A stretch of DNA of 64,000 bases from Spirochaetia bacterium (GCA_030041455.1 JASHNV010000119.1:96443-160442), one strand, 5' to 3'. Numbered from the stretch's first letter, positions 39,025 to 48,982 are shown. Made by a program: numbers and translations. Notes: generated from the letters alone by a model not told the origin.

Positions 39025-39053
39025 ACTATAAGCGCTTTTCCCGCAGCTGTAAA
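39025..39053 (-). promoter_or_regulatory. sigma70 promoter for ptsI-der (near-leaderless mRNA)
   Basis: TTTACA-N17-TATAGT, only 9 nt before the ATG. Confidence 0.65.
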
Positions 39054-39140
39054 GAACGCGCCCGGAAGAGCCCGACTCGCCCGTGAAAGAAGCCGCCGGT
39101 AATAGCGCCGAGGAGTTCTGCCGATGAAAAGAGGAAGGCC

Positions 39141-39902
39141 ATGGCTAGAAAGAAACGGGGATCGCACATCGGCTGCCTCTTCTGGATCGCGCTCATTCTC
39201 CTCGCGGTCGTGATATTCGTCTTCAACCGCTCGCGCTTCGATTCTCTGCTCGGGCACCCGGCGGCGAGCGCCCCGGTCGCGACGAAGCCGGCCCCGCGAG
39301 CGCCGGCCGTCGCGACGCCCCGGGAAGCGCCGTCCCCGGGCTCGAGCGCGCTGGCGGTTCGTCCGGCCGCTCCGGAAGGCGCGACCGCGGAGCGTAAAGG
39401 CCGCGTGGACGCGTCCGGGGACCGCGCGGACGGCTCCGGGAACCGCGAGGCCCCCGCTCGGGAGACCCCTTCGGAAGGGCAATTCCTTTCCACGCTCTAC
39501 TTCGTGCGCGTCGGATCGGACGGCACCCCGGCGCTTCAGGCCGTGAGGCGCCGAATCGCGTCGGAAGACTCTCCGCTCACCGACACCATGTCCTCGCTCC
39601 TCGCGAAGCTCTCCCCCGCCGAGGAAAGGAGCGGCCTCGTGACCCTCATTCCGAGCGGCACGCGGCTCCTTGACGCGACGGTGAGGGGGGGCACGGCCTA
39701 CCTCGACTTCAACGACCGGCTCCGGTTCAACTCCTTCGGAATCGACGGCCTACGCGTCGAGGTAAAGCAGGTCGTGTTCACCGCGACGCAGTTCCCCACG
39801 GTTCAACGCGTGCAGATCCTGATCGGCGGCCAGGTCGAGCGGTATCTGAGCCCCGAGGGGATGGCGATCGACGAGCCGCTCACGCGCTCCTCCTTCGAAT
39901 GA
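39141..39902 (+). CDS. GerMN-domain membrane protein
   Basis: N-terminal TM, Pro/Ala linker, TLIPSGTRLL.ATV.GGTAYLDF...Q.VFTATQFPTVQRVQILIGG. Confidence 0.85.
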   Translation: MARKKRGSHIGCLFWIALILLAVVIFVFNRSRFDSLLGHPAASAPVATKPAPRAPAVATPREAPSPGSSALAVRPAAPEGATAERKGRVDASGDRADGSGNREAPARETPSEGQFLSTLYFVRVGSDGTPALQAVRRRIASEDSPLTDTMSSLLAKLSPAEERSGLVTLIPSGTRLLDATVRGGTAYLDFNDRLRFNSFGIDGLRVEVKQVVFTATQFPTVQRVQILIGGQVERYLSPEGMAIDEPLTRSSFE

Positions 39903-40617
39903 GGAGCAGGTACTCGATATTCCCCTTCCGGCCCGGGATCGGCGACTGAAGCCGCCGCTCCACCGACGCGCCTTCCCTCTCGAGCGCCTCGATCGCCGCC
40001 TCGACCGTCGCCTCCCGCAGGAGCGGATCGCGAACGACGCCGTCGAACCGAGACCGCTCGGGCGTCGGGAGCTCGAATTGGGGCTTCAGGAGCGCAATGA
40101 GCCATCCCTCTCGCGCGAGGGCGAGGAGATGGCGCGCCGCGCCCCGGATCGATCGGAAGGAAAGGTCGGCCACCGCCGCGTCGGGCCGGGGATCGAGGTC
40201 GGCCGGCGAGAGGGCGAGGACGTTCGTTCCTTCCCGCACGCCCACGCGCGGATCCCTCCGCAGGGCGAAGGCGAGCTGGTTTCGGCCGACGTCGACGGCG
40301 TGGACGAACGCCGCGCCGCGCCTCAGGAGACAGTCGGTGAAGCCGCCGGTCGAGGCGCCCGCGTCGATGAAGACCCGGCCCGCCGCCTCGATACCCCACC
40401 GATCGAGCGCGAAGTCGAGCTTCAGTCCGCCCCGCGAGACGAAGGGCTTCGGCCGAAGCTCGAGGCGCTCGCTCGCGCCGACGAGGCGTTTCGGATCCTG
40501 GACCCGTCCGCCGTCGACGAACATCTCTCCGCAGACGACCGCGGCGTACAGCTCGTCGCGTCCTTTTTCGGGGAACGCCTCGACGGCGCGATCGAGCAGG
40601 GGCACCTTTCTCGCCAT
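39880..40617 (-). CDS. tlyA: TlyA-family rRNA methyltransferase (S4 plus FtsJ-like domains)
   Basis: ATG 40617; FVSRGGLKL, DAGASTGGFTDCLL, DLSFRS, LLKPQFE, SPIPG.KGNIEY; tail of ORF 39880..41370. Confidence 0.93.
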   Translation of the reverse strand: MARKVPLLDRAVEAFPEKGRDELYAAVVCGEMFVDGGRVQDPKRLVGASERLELRPKPFVSRGGLKLDFALDRWGIEAAGRVFIDAGASTGGFTDCLLRRGAAFVHAVDVGRNQLAFALRRDPRVGVREGTNVLALSPADLDPRPDAAVADLSFRSIRGAARHLLALAREGWLIALLKPQFELPTPERSRFDGVVRDPLLREATVEAAIEALEREGASVERRLQSPIPGRKGNIEYLLLIRRRSA

Positions 40618-40628
40618 CGCGACCTTTT

Positions 40629-41441
40629 TTAGTAGCGGGACTGCTCCCGCACCCGGCGGATCGCGAGCGCGCGGCCCGAATCGGGGTCGATCTCGAGCAG
40701 CACGCCGTTGATCACGGCGGGGTTGTCGGCCACGGGCAACTTCAGCGGCATCTGCGTCATCGAGCGGCGCATGGCGGTTTCCGGATCGACGCCGATCACG
40801 CTCGATCGAGGACCGGTCATCCCGATGTCGGTGATGTACGCGGTGCCGCCGCGGAGAATGCGCTCGTCGGCGGTCTGCACGTGGGTGTGGGTGCCGACCA
40901 CCGCGCTTACCATGCCGTCGAGGTGGAACGCGAGCGCCTCCTTCTCCTCCGGCGCCTCGGCGTGGAAGTCGACGACGATCGTCTTCGCGGCGTCGCGCAG
41001 CCTTCGCGCGAGCTCCCTGCCGACGGAGAAGGGGCAGTCGATCTCGGTCATGTGCATCCGCCCCTGGAGGTTCGCGACCGCGACCTTGCGGCCCTTCACC
41101 TCGACGACGACCGAGCCGCGGCCGTACTTGCAATGCGGATAGTTCGCCGGCCGCAAGATCCGCTCGTTGCTGTTCAGGAACGGCAGGATGTCGCGGTTCT
41201 GCCAGACGTGGTTGCCCGTGGTGATGACCCCCGCCCCGCCCGCGAAGAGCTGCTCGGCGATCTGCGGCGTGATGCCGAAGCCGTCGGCGGCGTTCTCTCC
41301 GTTCACGACGAGGAGGTCGGCGTCGTATTTCCGGATGAGCGGTCTCAAGCCGGCGAAAAGCGCCCTGCATCCCGGCTGGCCCACGATGTCGCCGAGAACG
41401 AGGACGCGGAGCTTCTCAGCCACGGCGCTCGTCCCGCTCAA
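40629..41441 (-). CDS. ymdB: YmdB/TIGR00282-family metallophosphoesterase
   Basis: GDIVG, NGENAA, TTGNHVW, DFHAEA, GTHTHVQTAD, TDIGMTG. Confidence 0.93.
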   Translation of the reverse strand: MSGTSAVAEKLRVLVLGDIVGQPGCRALFAGLRPLIRKYDADLLVVNGENAADGFGITPQIAEQLFAGGAGVITTGNHVWQNRDILPFLNSNERILRPANYPHCKYGRGSVVVEVKGRKVAVANLQGRMHMTEIDCPFSVGRELARRLRDAAKTIVVDFHAEAPEEKEALAFHLDGMVSAVVGTHTHVQTADERILRGGTAYITDIGMTGPRSSVIGVDPETAMRRSMTQMPLKLPVADNPAVINGVLLEIDPDSGRALAIRRVREQSRY

Positions 41442-41465
41442 GCCCGACCCGCGCGGCCCGTCGGA

Positions 41466-42995
41466 TCAACGCGCGTACTCGACGACCCTCGTCTCGCGGA
41501 TGATCGTCACCTTGATGCGCCCGGGATACTTGAGCTCCGTCTCGATCTTCTTCGCGATCTCCTTCGCGAGGTCCTTGGCCGCCGAGTCGTCCACGCTTTC
41601 GTTGTTGACCATGATGCGAAGCTCGCGTCCCGCCTGAATGGCGTACGCCTTCTCCACGCCGCGGAAGCCTTCCGCGATCTGCTCGAGGTTCTCGAGGCGC
41701 TTGATGTAGTTGTTGAGCGTTTCGCGCCTCGCGCCGGGTCTCGAGGCGGAGATCGCGTCGGCGATCTGGACGATGACCGACTCCACGCAGATGGGCTCCA
41801 CGTCGTTGTGGTGGGACGCTATCGCGTTGATCACGCGCGGGTCCTCTCCGATCCTCTTCGCGAGCTCGACGCCGGCCTCGACGTGCGTTCCGCCGCCGTC
41901 GGTCTCGACCCCTTTCCCGATATCGTGGAGGAGCGCTCCGCGCTTCGCGATCTCGGCGTCGCAGCCGATCTCCGCGGCGATCATTCCCGCGATGATCGCC
42001 ACCTCTTTCGAGTGCGACAGCACGTTCTGCCCGTAGCTCGTGCGGAAGTAGAGCCGGCCGAGCCCCCTGATCCCGTCGGGGTTCATGTTGTGAATCCCGA
42101 GGTCGAACAGCACCTTCTCGCCCTCCTCGTAGATCGCCTGGCTGATCTCCTTGGTGACCTTCTGAACGACCTCTTCGATCCGCGCCGGATGGATCCGTCC
42201 GTCGGCTATGAGGCGCTCGAGCGACCTGCGGGCGATCTCCTTGCGAACGGGGTCGAAGCACGAGATGACGACCGCCTCGGGCGTGTCGTCGATGATGATG
42301 TCCACGCCGGTGAGGGTCTCGAGCGTGCGGATGTTCCGTCCCTCGCGACCGATGATGCGCCCCTTCATCTCGTCGTTCGGGAGGCTCACGGAGGTGATCG
42401 TGATCTCCGAGCTGATCTCCGTCGCGAGGCGCTGGAGCGTCGTCACGAGAATGTTTCGCGCCTTCTTCTCGGCGGCGGACTCGGCCTCCTGCTCGATCTT
42501 GTTGAGAACAACCTGAACGTCGTGGCGCGCCTCGTTTTCCATGGATTGCATGATGAGGCGCTTCGCTTCCTCGGCCGAGATGCTTGCAACCCGCTCAAGC
42601 TCGTGGCGCCAACGCTCCCCTTCCGACGCCAGGTAAATCTCTTTGTCCGAAAGTTTCCTCTCGCGGTCAATAAGGCTCTGCTTTTGCTTTTCAAGAGCAA
42701 TAGCCTTACGTTCTAGATTCTCTTCCTTTTGAAGCAACCGCTTGTCAAACCGCTGTAATTCGTTCCTTCTCTCGCGAAGCTCATGCTCTTGCTGATTGCG
42801 TTCCCGAATGAGCTCGTCCTTTGTCTCAAGAAGTAACTCCCTCTTCTTAGCCTCTGCTTCTTTTACCGCATCTTGACTCAGTCGCGCAGCCTTCTGCTCG
42901 ATGGAAGAAAGCTGTATCCTGGCATAAAGCCATCGTATGATCCAACCTAGAAACAACCCCGCAAGAGGAAGAATAATAGTTAGTAACCAGCTCAT
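41466..42995 (-). CDS. rny: Ribonuclease Y
   Basis: ATG 42995; N-terminal TM, coiled coil, KH ([13 protein letters not shown]), HD (LLHDIGK), [14 protein letters not shown]. Confidence 0.97.
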   Translation of the reverse strand: MSWLLTIILPLAGLFLGWIIRWLYARIQLSSIEQKAARLSQDAVKEAEAKKRELLLETKDELIRERNQQEHELRERRNELQRFDKRLLQKEENLERKAIALEKQKQSLIDRERKLSDKEIYLASEGERWRHELERVASISAEEAKRLIMQSMENEARHDVQVVLNKIEQEAESAAEKKARNILVTTLQRLATEISSEITITSVSLPNDEMKGRIIGREGRNIRTLETLTGVDIIIDDTPEAVVISCFDPVRKEIARRSLERLIADGRIHPARIEEVVQKVTKEISQAIYEEGEKVLFDLGIHNMNPDGIRGLGRLYFRTSYGQNVLSHSKEVAIIAGMIAAEIGCDAEIAKRGALLHDIGKGVETDGGGTHVEAGVELAKRIGEDPRVINAIASHHNDVEPICVESVIVQIADAISASRPGARRETLNNYIKRLENLEQIAEGFRGVEKAYAIQAGRELRIMVNNESVDDSAAKDLAKEIAKKIETELKYPGRIKVTIIRETRVVEYAR

Positions 42996-43027
42996 ATATT
43001 CTTCCCCCAAGCTAGAATGTCCCGGTA

Positions 43028-43055
43028 ATTATAAGGAAAGGGCGCTGTTTGTCAA
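43028..43055 (-). promoter_or_regulatory. Consensus sigma70 promoter for rny-ymdB-tlyA
   Basis: TTGACA-N16-TATAAT, both hexamers perfect. Confidence 0.8.
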
Positions 43056-43063
43056 GCCAATGA

Positions 43064-43076
43064 TATCACTGTGATA
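43064..43076. promoter_or_regulatory. Palindromic candidate operator upstream of the rny promoter
   Basis: TATCAC-T-GTGATA perfect inverted repeat, 8 bp upstream of the -35; overlaps TGATATCA. Confidence 0.45.
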
Positions 43077-43118
43077 GTAGAGATATTCCCTCGTGTCCCT
43101 CACAGTCTCGCGAGAAAG

Positions 43119-46100
43119 CTAGTGCGCGGGCGTGAGAACGCGAGCGACGTAGTCCGGGAAGGCGGGCGTGGTGTCTTTGAGCCCGAAAAAGAGATAGCCG
43201 CTCGCCCCGTCGAGGAGAATCGGCAGATAGATGCTGCCCTGCATGAAGCGCAGGTCCTTCGGAGAGATCTTCCGGTCGAACTCCCCGAGGCCGGTGGTCG
43301 GGATCCTCACGTAGAGGCAGCGTCTCTTCGCGAGGAACTCCACGTAGACCGGATCGCGCTCGTCGAAGGTCAGCGTGGAGGCGGTGCGCTGCTCCAATCC
43401 GAGCGAGTACTCGGTCACGAGCCGCCCCTCGCTCGGCAGGAGGATCGCCGCATAGATCGCGTCGGCGTTCTGCGACACGCGCATGAGGGACTTCATGACC
43501 CCGATGGCGCCCGCCTTGAATCCCGATCGGAACGCGCCGTAGTCAAAGCCCTCGTCGGTGAGCCTCACCGCCCGCGGCTCCGCGCGCCTCCGCCGCGCTT
43601 GAGCCGGCCCGTCGCCCCGCTCCTCCGAGCCCTTCCCCGCCGCGGCGTCGCCTGAGACCACCGAGTCGACGAGGCTCCTGAAGGCGTTGTCTTCTCCGCT
43701 TCCCCCGGACCGGACCGTTTCCTCGTCGACCTGGAGGACGCCCCCGCCGAGCTCGACCACCCCGCCCTTCGACGGAGCCATCCCCTTCACCTCGAGCAGC
43801 GTATAGACCTCGACGCGCTTTCGGTCGATGAGCGCGCGAACGCCGCTCTCGAAACCGCGATGCGGAGCGCCCTCTTCGGGCGCGCGGACCGGCGTCCCTC
43901 CCATCTCCTCGGGAAGGCGCACCGCCCGGGGCACATCGTCCGCGGCCCCGGGCGCGTCGTCCGCGGCCTCGAGCTCTTCGGCCTCCTCCGCCTCCTCGGC
44001 GGCGGGGATCTCCTCGATCACCTCGGCCTCTTCCCCCCCGAGCGGCCGGGCCGGGGCCTGCGGCTCCTCGTCGAGAGCGACGAGCTCCTCGGGCGGCGCA
44101 GGCTCCTGGTCGACGTCGTCGAGCGCGGCGAAGCCCTGCTCGGGAAAGCTCCGCCCGCCGACGCGCTGCGATCCGGCGATGCCGGTGTAGAGACTGAACC
44201 CGCGCCCGACCGGCTGCAGGACGCTCTCCTCCTCGAGCGCCTCGATCTGGACCGGGAGCTCCGCGATCGCCTCGACTCCGAGCGTCTCGCTTGGCGGCGC
44301 GCCCTCCCGGACCGCCTCGAGCTCCGGCCACTCGCTCTCCTCCGAGCGGTCCTCGGCCACCGGCTGCGCCTCCTCGACCTGCTCTTCGAAGATATCGATG
44401 TCGGCGAGGAGCTCCTCGCCGTGGAACAGCGCCTCCAAGTCGAGCGCCTCGACGTCGTCGAGGGCGTCCCAGTTGAACGAGCGGGGGTCCTCGGCGCGCG
44501 CCTCTTCGGGCTCGGCCTCTAGGTGCTCCTCGAGCTCCGTGACCGCTTCGTCCCCGGTGCGAAGCGCGCGCGGCCGGGAGAGCGGAGCCTCCTCGTCTTC
44601 GGCCTCCTCAAGCTCCTCGATCGCTTCCCCGCGCGGCCTGAGCGCGGGCCCGACGGAATCACCGGGCGCTTCGGCGCGTTTCGCTTCGAGGACGCCGGGA
44701 TGCGCGTCTTCCCGGGAGACGGGGGGGAGCTCGTCGAGAGCTTCCCCAAGCTCCTCCGCCCGAGGGACGGGCGAAGGCGCGAAAAGCGCCGCCCGCTCGG
44801 GAGCGCCCGCCTGGGTCGCTTCGACGGCACGGTCCTCCGCGGCGGGAGCTTCATCCGCCTCCTCGATTTCCTCGAGAGCCTCCTCAGGCTCCTCCGCGGC
44901 GGCCTGTCCGCCTTCCTCGGCCCGATCGGCGGGCGGCTCCGTGACCTCCTCGAGCTCCTCCACCGCCTCCTCGACCGGCCCGGCGGGAGCGGCGCCTCGG
45001 CGCTCGTCGGCCCGGACGGGCGCGGCGAGCTGCGGCGGCAGGCGCAGCTCCACGGAGCCGAGCACGCGTCTGATCGTCTCCTCAAGGCCCTTGACCTCGA
45101 CGCGGGTCGACTCCTCGGCCTCGACCCGCTTCCCGATGACCGACAAGATCTCTTCCCAGCTCTTGTCGATGAGCTTGTCGATCATCTGCTCCCGCTCTTC
45201 GGTGAGACGCCCCACGCCGCGCTTTATCTGCTGTTTCACCTCGCCCGTTCGCAGCTCGATCTCCCGGTACCAGCGCTGCCAATCGAGCTCGCCCTTGTTC
45301 TCGAGATAGCCCTTGAGAAAGCCGATCTGGAAGCGCTTCACGCGCTCCGAGAGGACGAGCATCTTGTCCTGCCTGAGGTTCAAAGCGAGAAACGCGAGCA
45401 AAAACGTGGTGACGAAGATCGCGCTCATGAGGAGGGCCTGGAGTCCCGGGCTGAGGAGGAACTGCGAGGCGGCGACGAGCGATCCGAGGTACCCGTCGGT
45501 CCTGGAGGGGACGGTGAAGAGGATGAGCCGCTCGCCGTGCGCGCTCGAGACGATGGGCCGCTCTTTCGCCGCGCCGCCCTGCCAGGCCTTCCCGACCGCG
45601 GCGAGGAGCCCGGCCTCCGGACGGACGCCGAGCCCGACGAGGATTCCCGCGTCGGAGGGAGCGAAGACCTCCTGGCCGGGCTCGATGACCGAGCGCTTCA
45701 CGAGGTAGTCGACGAGCCCTTTGAGGCCGACGGAGAAGAGCGCGGTGCCGCGCCGGACGCCGAGCTCGTCTTCGGCCGGGAGGCGGTAGAGAAGGCGCCC
45801 TCCGGCCGGGTCGACGATCACTCGGTCGGAGGGCGTCCCCGGCGCCTGCTCGCTTTTCGCGAGGAGGGAAGCGTCGGCCTTGTCCAAGGGCTTGTACACG
45901 ATCTCCTGCGCCCCGGAGCTCTGGACGTCCGCCTCGAGGGTGCTGAAGTTCACGTTCCCCCGCTCGTCGACGATGCGAACGGAGAGGAGCTCGGGAAACT
46001 CGGCTTCGAGCTTCGAGAAGAGGTTCTCGCGCGCGAGGATGTCGTCCTCCGACTGGTTGGGGCTGAAGACGCTCCGTACCGAGTCGTCCTCGAGGATCCC

Positions 46101-46307
46101 CCGGAAGAGGCGGTAGTTCCCGGCGTTGTAGCCGTCGACCGAGCCGCGCGCCTCGCCGAGCCGCGCGAGCTCAAGCGCGCTCACCCGAGCGTCGTAGAAG
46201 TTGGACTCGACGAGCTTAAAGAGCCCCGAAAACGCGAGGAGGGAGAAGAGACTGAAGACGACGACCGCGATCAGCAGGCTCAGCGCGACTTTCTGGACGG
46301 CTTTCAT
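43119..46307 (-). CDS. 1062-aa hypothetical membrane protein (2 TM, periplasmic domain, acidic disordered linker, C-terminal GAF-like domain)
   Basis: TM at about aa 7-27 and 290-310; about 500 aa E/A/P-rich region; globular C-terminus. Confidence 0.8.
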   Translation of the reverse strand: MKAVQKVALSLLIAVVVFSLFSLLAFSGLFKLVESNFYDARVSALELARLGEARGSVDGYNAGNYRLFRGILEDDSVRSVFSPNQSEDDILARENLFSKLEAEFPELLSVRIVDERGNVNFSTLEADVQSSGAQEIVYKPLDKADASLLAKSEQAPGTPSDRVIVDPAGGRLLYRLPAEDELGVRRGTALFSVGLKGLVDYLVKRSVIEPGQEVFAPSDAGILVGLGVRPEAGLLAAVGKAWQGGAAKERPIVSSAHGERLILFTVPSRTDGYLGSLVAASQFLLSPGLQALLMSAIFVTTFLLAFLALNLRQDKMLVLSERVKRFQIGFLKGYLENKGELDWQRWYREIELRTGEVKQQIKRGVGRLTEEREQMIDKLIDKSWEEILSVIGKRVEAEESTRVEVKGLEETIRRVLGSVELRLPPQLAAPVRADERRGAAPAGPVEEAVEELEEVTEPPADRAEEGGQAAAEEPEEALEEIEEADEAPAAEDRAVEATQAGAPERAALFAPSPVPRAEELGEALDELPPVSREDAHPGVLEAKRAEAPGDSVGPALRPRGEAIEELEEAEDEEAPLSRPRALRTGDEAVTELEEHLEAEPEEARAEDPRSFNWDALDDVEALDLEALFHGEELLADIDIFEEQVEEAQPVAEDRSEESEWPELEAVREGAPPSETLGVEAIAELPVQIEALEEESVLQPVGRGFSLYTGIAGSQRVGGRSFPEQGFAALDDVDQEPAPPEELVALDEEPQAPARPLGGEEAEVIEEIPAAEEAEEAEELEAADDAPGAADDVPRAVRLPEEMGGTPVRAPEEGAPHRGFESGVRALIDRKRVEVYTLLEVKGMAPSKGGVVELGGGVLQVDEETVRSGGSGEDNAFRSLVDSVVSGDAAAGKGSEERGDGPAQARRRRAEPRAVRLTDEGFDYGAFRSGFKAGAIGVMKSLMRVSQNADAIYAAILLPSEGRLVTEYSLGLEQRTASTLTFDERDPVYVEFLAKRRCLYVRIPTTGLGEFDRKISPKDLRFMQGSIYLPILLDGASGYLFFGLKDTTPAFPDYVARVLTPAH

Positions 46308-46339
46308 GGACGCCTAATCGCTCCCCCGGCGAACCGAAA

Positions 46340-46528
46340 TCAAGATAATACACCGAATCGTCCTTCGTAGTATCGGCTTTTTTTCGTGTGCGGCCTCGAT
46401 GGGGAGCGCGCGGTCGGGAGGCCCTTTCGGACCCCGGAGGCGCTTTCGGCGCGCGATCGAGCCCGGCCGCCGGATGAGACCGCACGGCGCCTCGACCCGT
46501 CTTGCCGGGGCGCCGTGCGCGCGGTCAG
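46340..46528 (-). CDS. Candidate 62-aa basic small protein coupled to rplQ (CTG start)
   Basis: CTGA overlap with the rplQ stop; ends [16 protein letters not shown]; no canonical start. Confidence 0.3.
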   Translation of the reverse strand: MTARTAPRQDGSRRRAVSSGGRARSRAESASGVRKGLPTARSPSRPHTKKSRYYEGRFGVLS

Positions 46529-46977
46529 ACCTTGGGGCCCGGTTCCTCGGCCGGGACGCTCGGGGCGGGCTCTTCGCCCGACGTCTCGGCCGCGACGGCC
46601 CGCTTCTTCCGCTCGCGAATTTTCCGGTCGACGAGCTCGAGAATGACGAGCTCGGCGGCGTCGTTTCGCCGCCATCCGAGCTTCAGGATCCGGGTGTAGC
46701 CGCCCGGCCGCGCGACGTAGCGCGGAGCGATTTCGTTGAAGAGCTTCGCGAGGATCGCCTCGTCGCGGATGCGGCGCGCGATGATGCGGCGGTTGTGGAC
46801 GCCGTCGACCCGCGCCCGCGTGATCATCTTCTCGGCGACGCGGCGGATCTCGACCGCCTTGGCTTTGGTCGTCGTCACGCGCTCGTAGCGGAACAGCGAC
46901 GTCACCATGTTGTTCTTCAGCGCTTTGCGGGCGCCTGAGCGCCTGCTCAGGCGGTTGAAGCCGATCTTATGTTTCAT
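46525..46977 (-). CDS. rplQ: 50S ribosomal protein L17
   Basis: [33 protein letters not shown]. Confidence 0.97.
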   Translation of the reverse strand: MKHKIGFNRLSRRSGARKALKNNMVTSLFRYERVTTTKAKAVEIRRVAEKMITRARVDGVHNRRIIARRIRDEAILAKLFNEIAPRYVARPGGYTRILKLGWRRNDAAELVILELVDRKIRERKKRAVAAETSGEEPAPSVPAEEPGPKV

Positions 46978-48055
46978 CGTCGTCTTCCTTCTCGTCGGCT
47001 TCCCGGTCGATCTCGTTCTCGTTGACCGCCTGGAGCTTCTTCGAGGTCTTCAGGACGCTGTAATCGGTCATCCCGAGGCTCAAGTTCCACTCCTTGAGCT
47101 TCTCCTTGATCTCGAGGAGCGACTTCTTGCCGAAGTTCCTCGTCTTCGCGATCTCGTCCTCGGTGCGCCTCGTGAGGTCCCCGATGGTCTTGATGTTCGC
47201 GTTCTTCAGGCAGTTGCTCGATCGCACCGACAGCTCGAGCTCCTCGACCGGGGTGTCGAGCACCTGGCGCACGCGCTCCTCTTCCTCGTCCACGTCCTCG
47301 TCGCCGCCCACCGCGTCCTCGTCGAAGTTAATGAAGATCGTGAAGTGATCTTTCGCGATCTTCGCCGCCTCGGCGAGCGCGTCCTCGGGGCTGATCGTTC
47401 CGTCGGACCAGACGTCCAGAACGAGCTTGTCGTAGTCGTTGCGGTGCCCGACGCGCGTGTTCTCGATGGCGAAGGCGACCTTTTTCACCGGCGAGAACAC
47501 GGCGTCGATCGGAATGGTGCCGACGACCTCGACGTACTTCTCGTTCGTCTCGGAGGGCACGTAGCCGCGCCCGAGGTCGATCTGCAGCTCGAGGTCGATG
47601 TTCGCCTTCTCCATGAGCGTCATGATCTTCAGATGCTTGTTGACGACGGTGATGTCGTTGTCCTTGCCGAGGTCCGCGCCCGTGAGCTCGCCCTTGCCCT
47701 TGCACTCGACGAGGATCGTTTTCGACTCCACGTCGTCGGGAAGCTTGATTTGAAGGGCCTTGAGGTTCGCGATGATCTCCGGAGTATCCTCGACGACCTC
47801 CGGAATCGCCTCGAACTCGCTTGAGATCAGATGGGGAGTGTTGTCGGCGTCGTAGCTCGTGATCTTCACGGCGGTGACCGCGTAGCCCTGAATCGAGGAA
47901 AGGAGAATCCTCCTCAACGTGTTGCCGATCGTCGTGCCGTATCCGCGCTCGAACGGATACGCGACGAACCGCGCGTGATTGGAATCGGTCTCGCCGTGCT
48001 CGAAGGTGATCCCCTTCGGTCGTTTAAATCCCTTTAGCAGGTTCCGTCGTGCCAT
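46967..48055 (-). CDS. rpoA: RNA polymerase alpha subunit
   Basis: [54 protein letters not shown]. Confidence 0.99.
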   Translation of the reverse strand: MARRNLLKGFKRPKGITFEHGETDSNHARFVAYPFERGYGTTIGNTLRRILLSSIQGYAVTAVKITSYDADNTPHLISSEFEAIPEVVEDTPEIIANLKALQIKLPDDVESKTILVECKGKGELTGADLGKDNDITVVNKHLKIMTLMEKANIDLELQIDLGRGYVPSETNEKYVEVVGTIPIDAVFSPVKKVAFAIENTRVGHRNDYDKLVLDVWSDGTISPEDALAEAAKIAKDHFTIFINFDEDAVGGDEDVDEEEERVRQVLDTPVEELELSVRSSNCLKNANIKTIGDLTRRTEDEIAKTRNFGKKSLLEIKEKLKEWNLSLGMTDYSVLKTSKKLQAVNENEIDREADEKEDDDET

Positions 48056-48166
48056 ATATCCCTACCTTAAAAAGCGATCGACGCTTCGCGCGCTCTCCGC
48101 CCGAGGCAAGCGCCCTTCCCCGGGCGGGCACAGGAGCGACGGTTTGTCCGCTTCGCCTTGGATACA

Positions 48167-48195
48167 ATTCTGCGTGTCGATCTATCCGTTCGCAA
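48167..48195 (-). promoter_or_regulatory. Candidate internal promoter for rpoA-rplQ
   Basis: TTGCGA-N17-CAGAAT in the 150-bp rpsK-rpoA gap. Confidence 0.5.
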
Positions 48196-48205
48196 GCGCT
48201 GCCCG

Positions 48206-48586
48206 CTAAACTCTCCGGCTCTTGCGCGGCCGGCATCCGTTGTGAGGGATCGGCGTGGTGTCCTTGATCGTCTTCACCCACAGCCCGAGGCTTCCGAGCG
48301 AGCGGATCGCCGATTCGCGTCCGACCCCGGGGCCGGTGACGTAGACGTGCACCTCGTGCAGTCCCGAGTCGAGCGCCTTCTTGGCCGCGGTCTCCGCGGT
48401 GGTCTGCGCCGCGTAGGGGGTCGATTTCTTGGCCCCCCTGAATCCGAGGCCGCCCGCGCTCGCCCAGGCGATGGTGTTGCCGATGAGATCGGTGATCGTG
48501 ACGATCGTGTTGTTGAACGTAGCCTGGATGTAGACGTTTCCCTCGTGGACGGTCCGCTTTTCCTTCTTCTTCTTAACCTTGGCCAA
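48206..48586 (-). CDS. rpsK: 30S ribosomal protein S11
   Basis: [31 protein letters not shown]. Confidence 0.98.
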   Translation of the reverse strand: MAKVKKKKEKRTVHEGNVYIQATFNNTIVTITDLIGNTIAWASAGGLGFRGAKKSTPYAAQTTAETAAKKALDSGLHEVHVYVTGPGVGRESAIRSLGSLGLWVKTIKDTTPIPHNGCRPRKSRRV

Positions 48587-48605
48587 CTCTCACCCCCTGC
48601 TCCCT

Positions 48606-48977
48606 TTAGACCGCCTTCTTCTTGCCGGCGACGGTCTTTTTCTTTCCCTTTCGGGTGCGGGCGTTCGTCTTGGTCCGCTGACCCCTCACCGGCAGGCCCT
48701 TGCGATGGCGCAGGCCCCGGTAGCAGCCGATGTCCATCAGCCGCTTGATGTTCAGCGCGACCTCGGTTCTCAGCCGCCCTTCCACTTTGTAGTCGTTTTC
48801 GAGAACTTTCCGGAGACGGTTCACCTCGTCGGCCGAGATGTCGTTCATCTTCGCCTCGGGATCCACCCCGGTCTCCTTGCAGATCTTCAGCGCCGACGAC
48901 ATGCCGACCCCGTAGATGTAGGTCAGCGCAACCTTGACGTTCTTGTTTGGCAGGTCCACTCCCGCGATGCGCGCCAT
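48606..48977 (-). CDS. rpsM: 30S ribosomal protein S13
   Basis: ATG 48977 [10 protein letters not shown]; [23 protein letters not shown]. Confidence 0.98.
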   Translation of the reverse strand: MARIAGVDLPNKNVKVALTYIYGVGMSSALKICKETGVDPEAKMNDISADEVNRLRKVLENDYKVEGRLRTEVALNIKRLMDIGCYRGLRHRKGLPVRGQRTKTNARTRKGKKKTVAGKKKAV

Positions 48978-48982
48978 AGCTC

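Noticed and set aside
42684-42712. Plus-strand TTGCTT-N17-TACGTT antisense promoter inside rny
   Set aside because: Such matches are expected in this AT-rich stretch; no independent support.
46216-46485. Alternative 89-aa minus-strand ORF between rplQ and the acidic protein
   Set aside because: Overlaps the start of the next gene out of frame, has no SD and no protein-like features.
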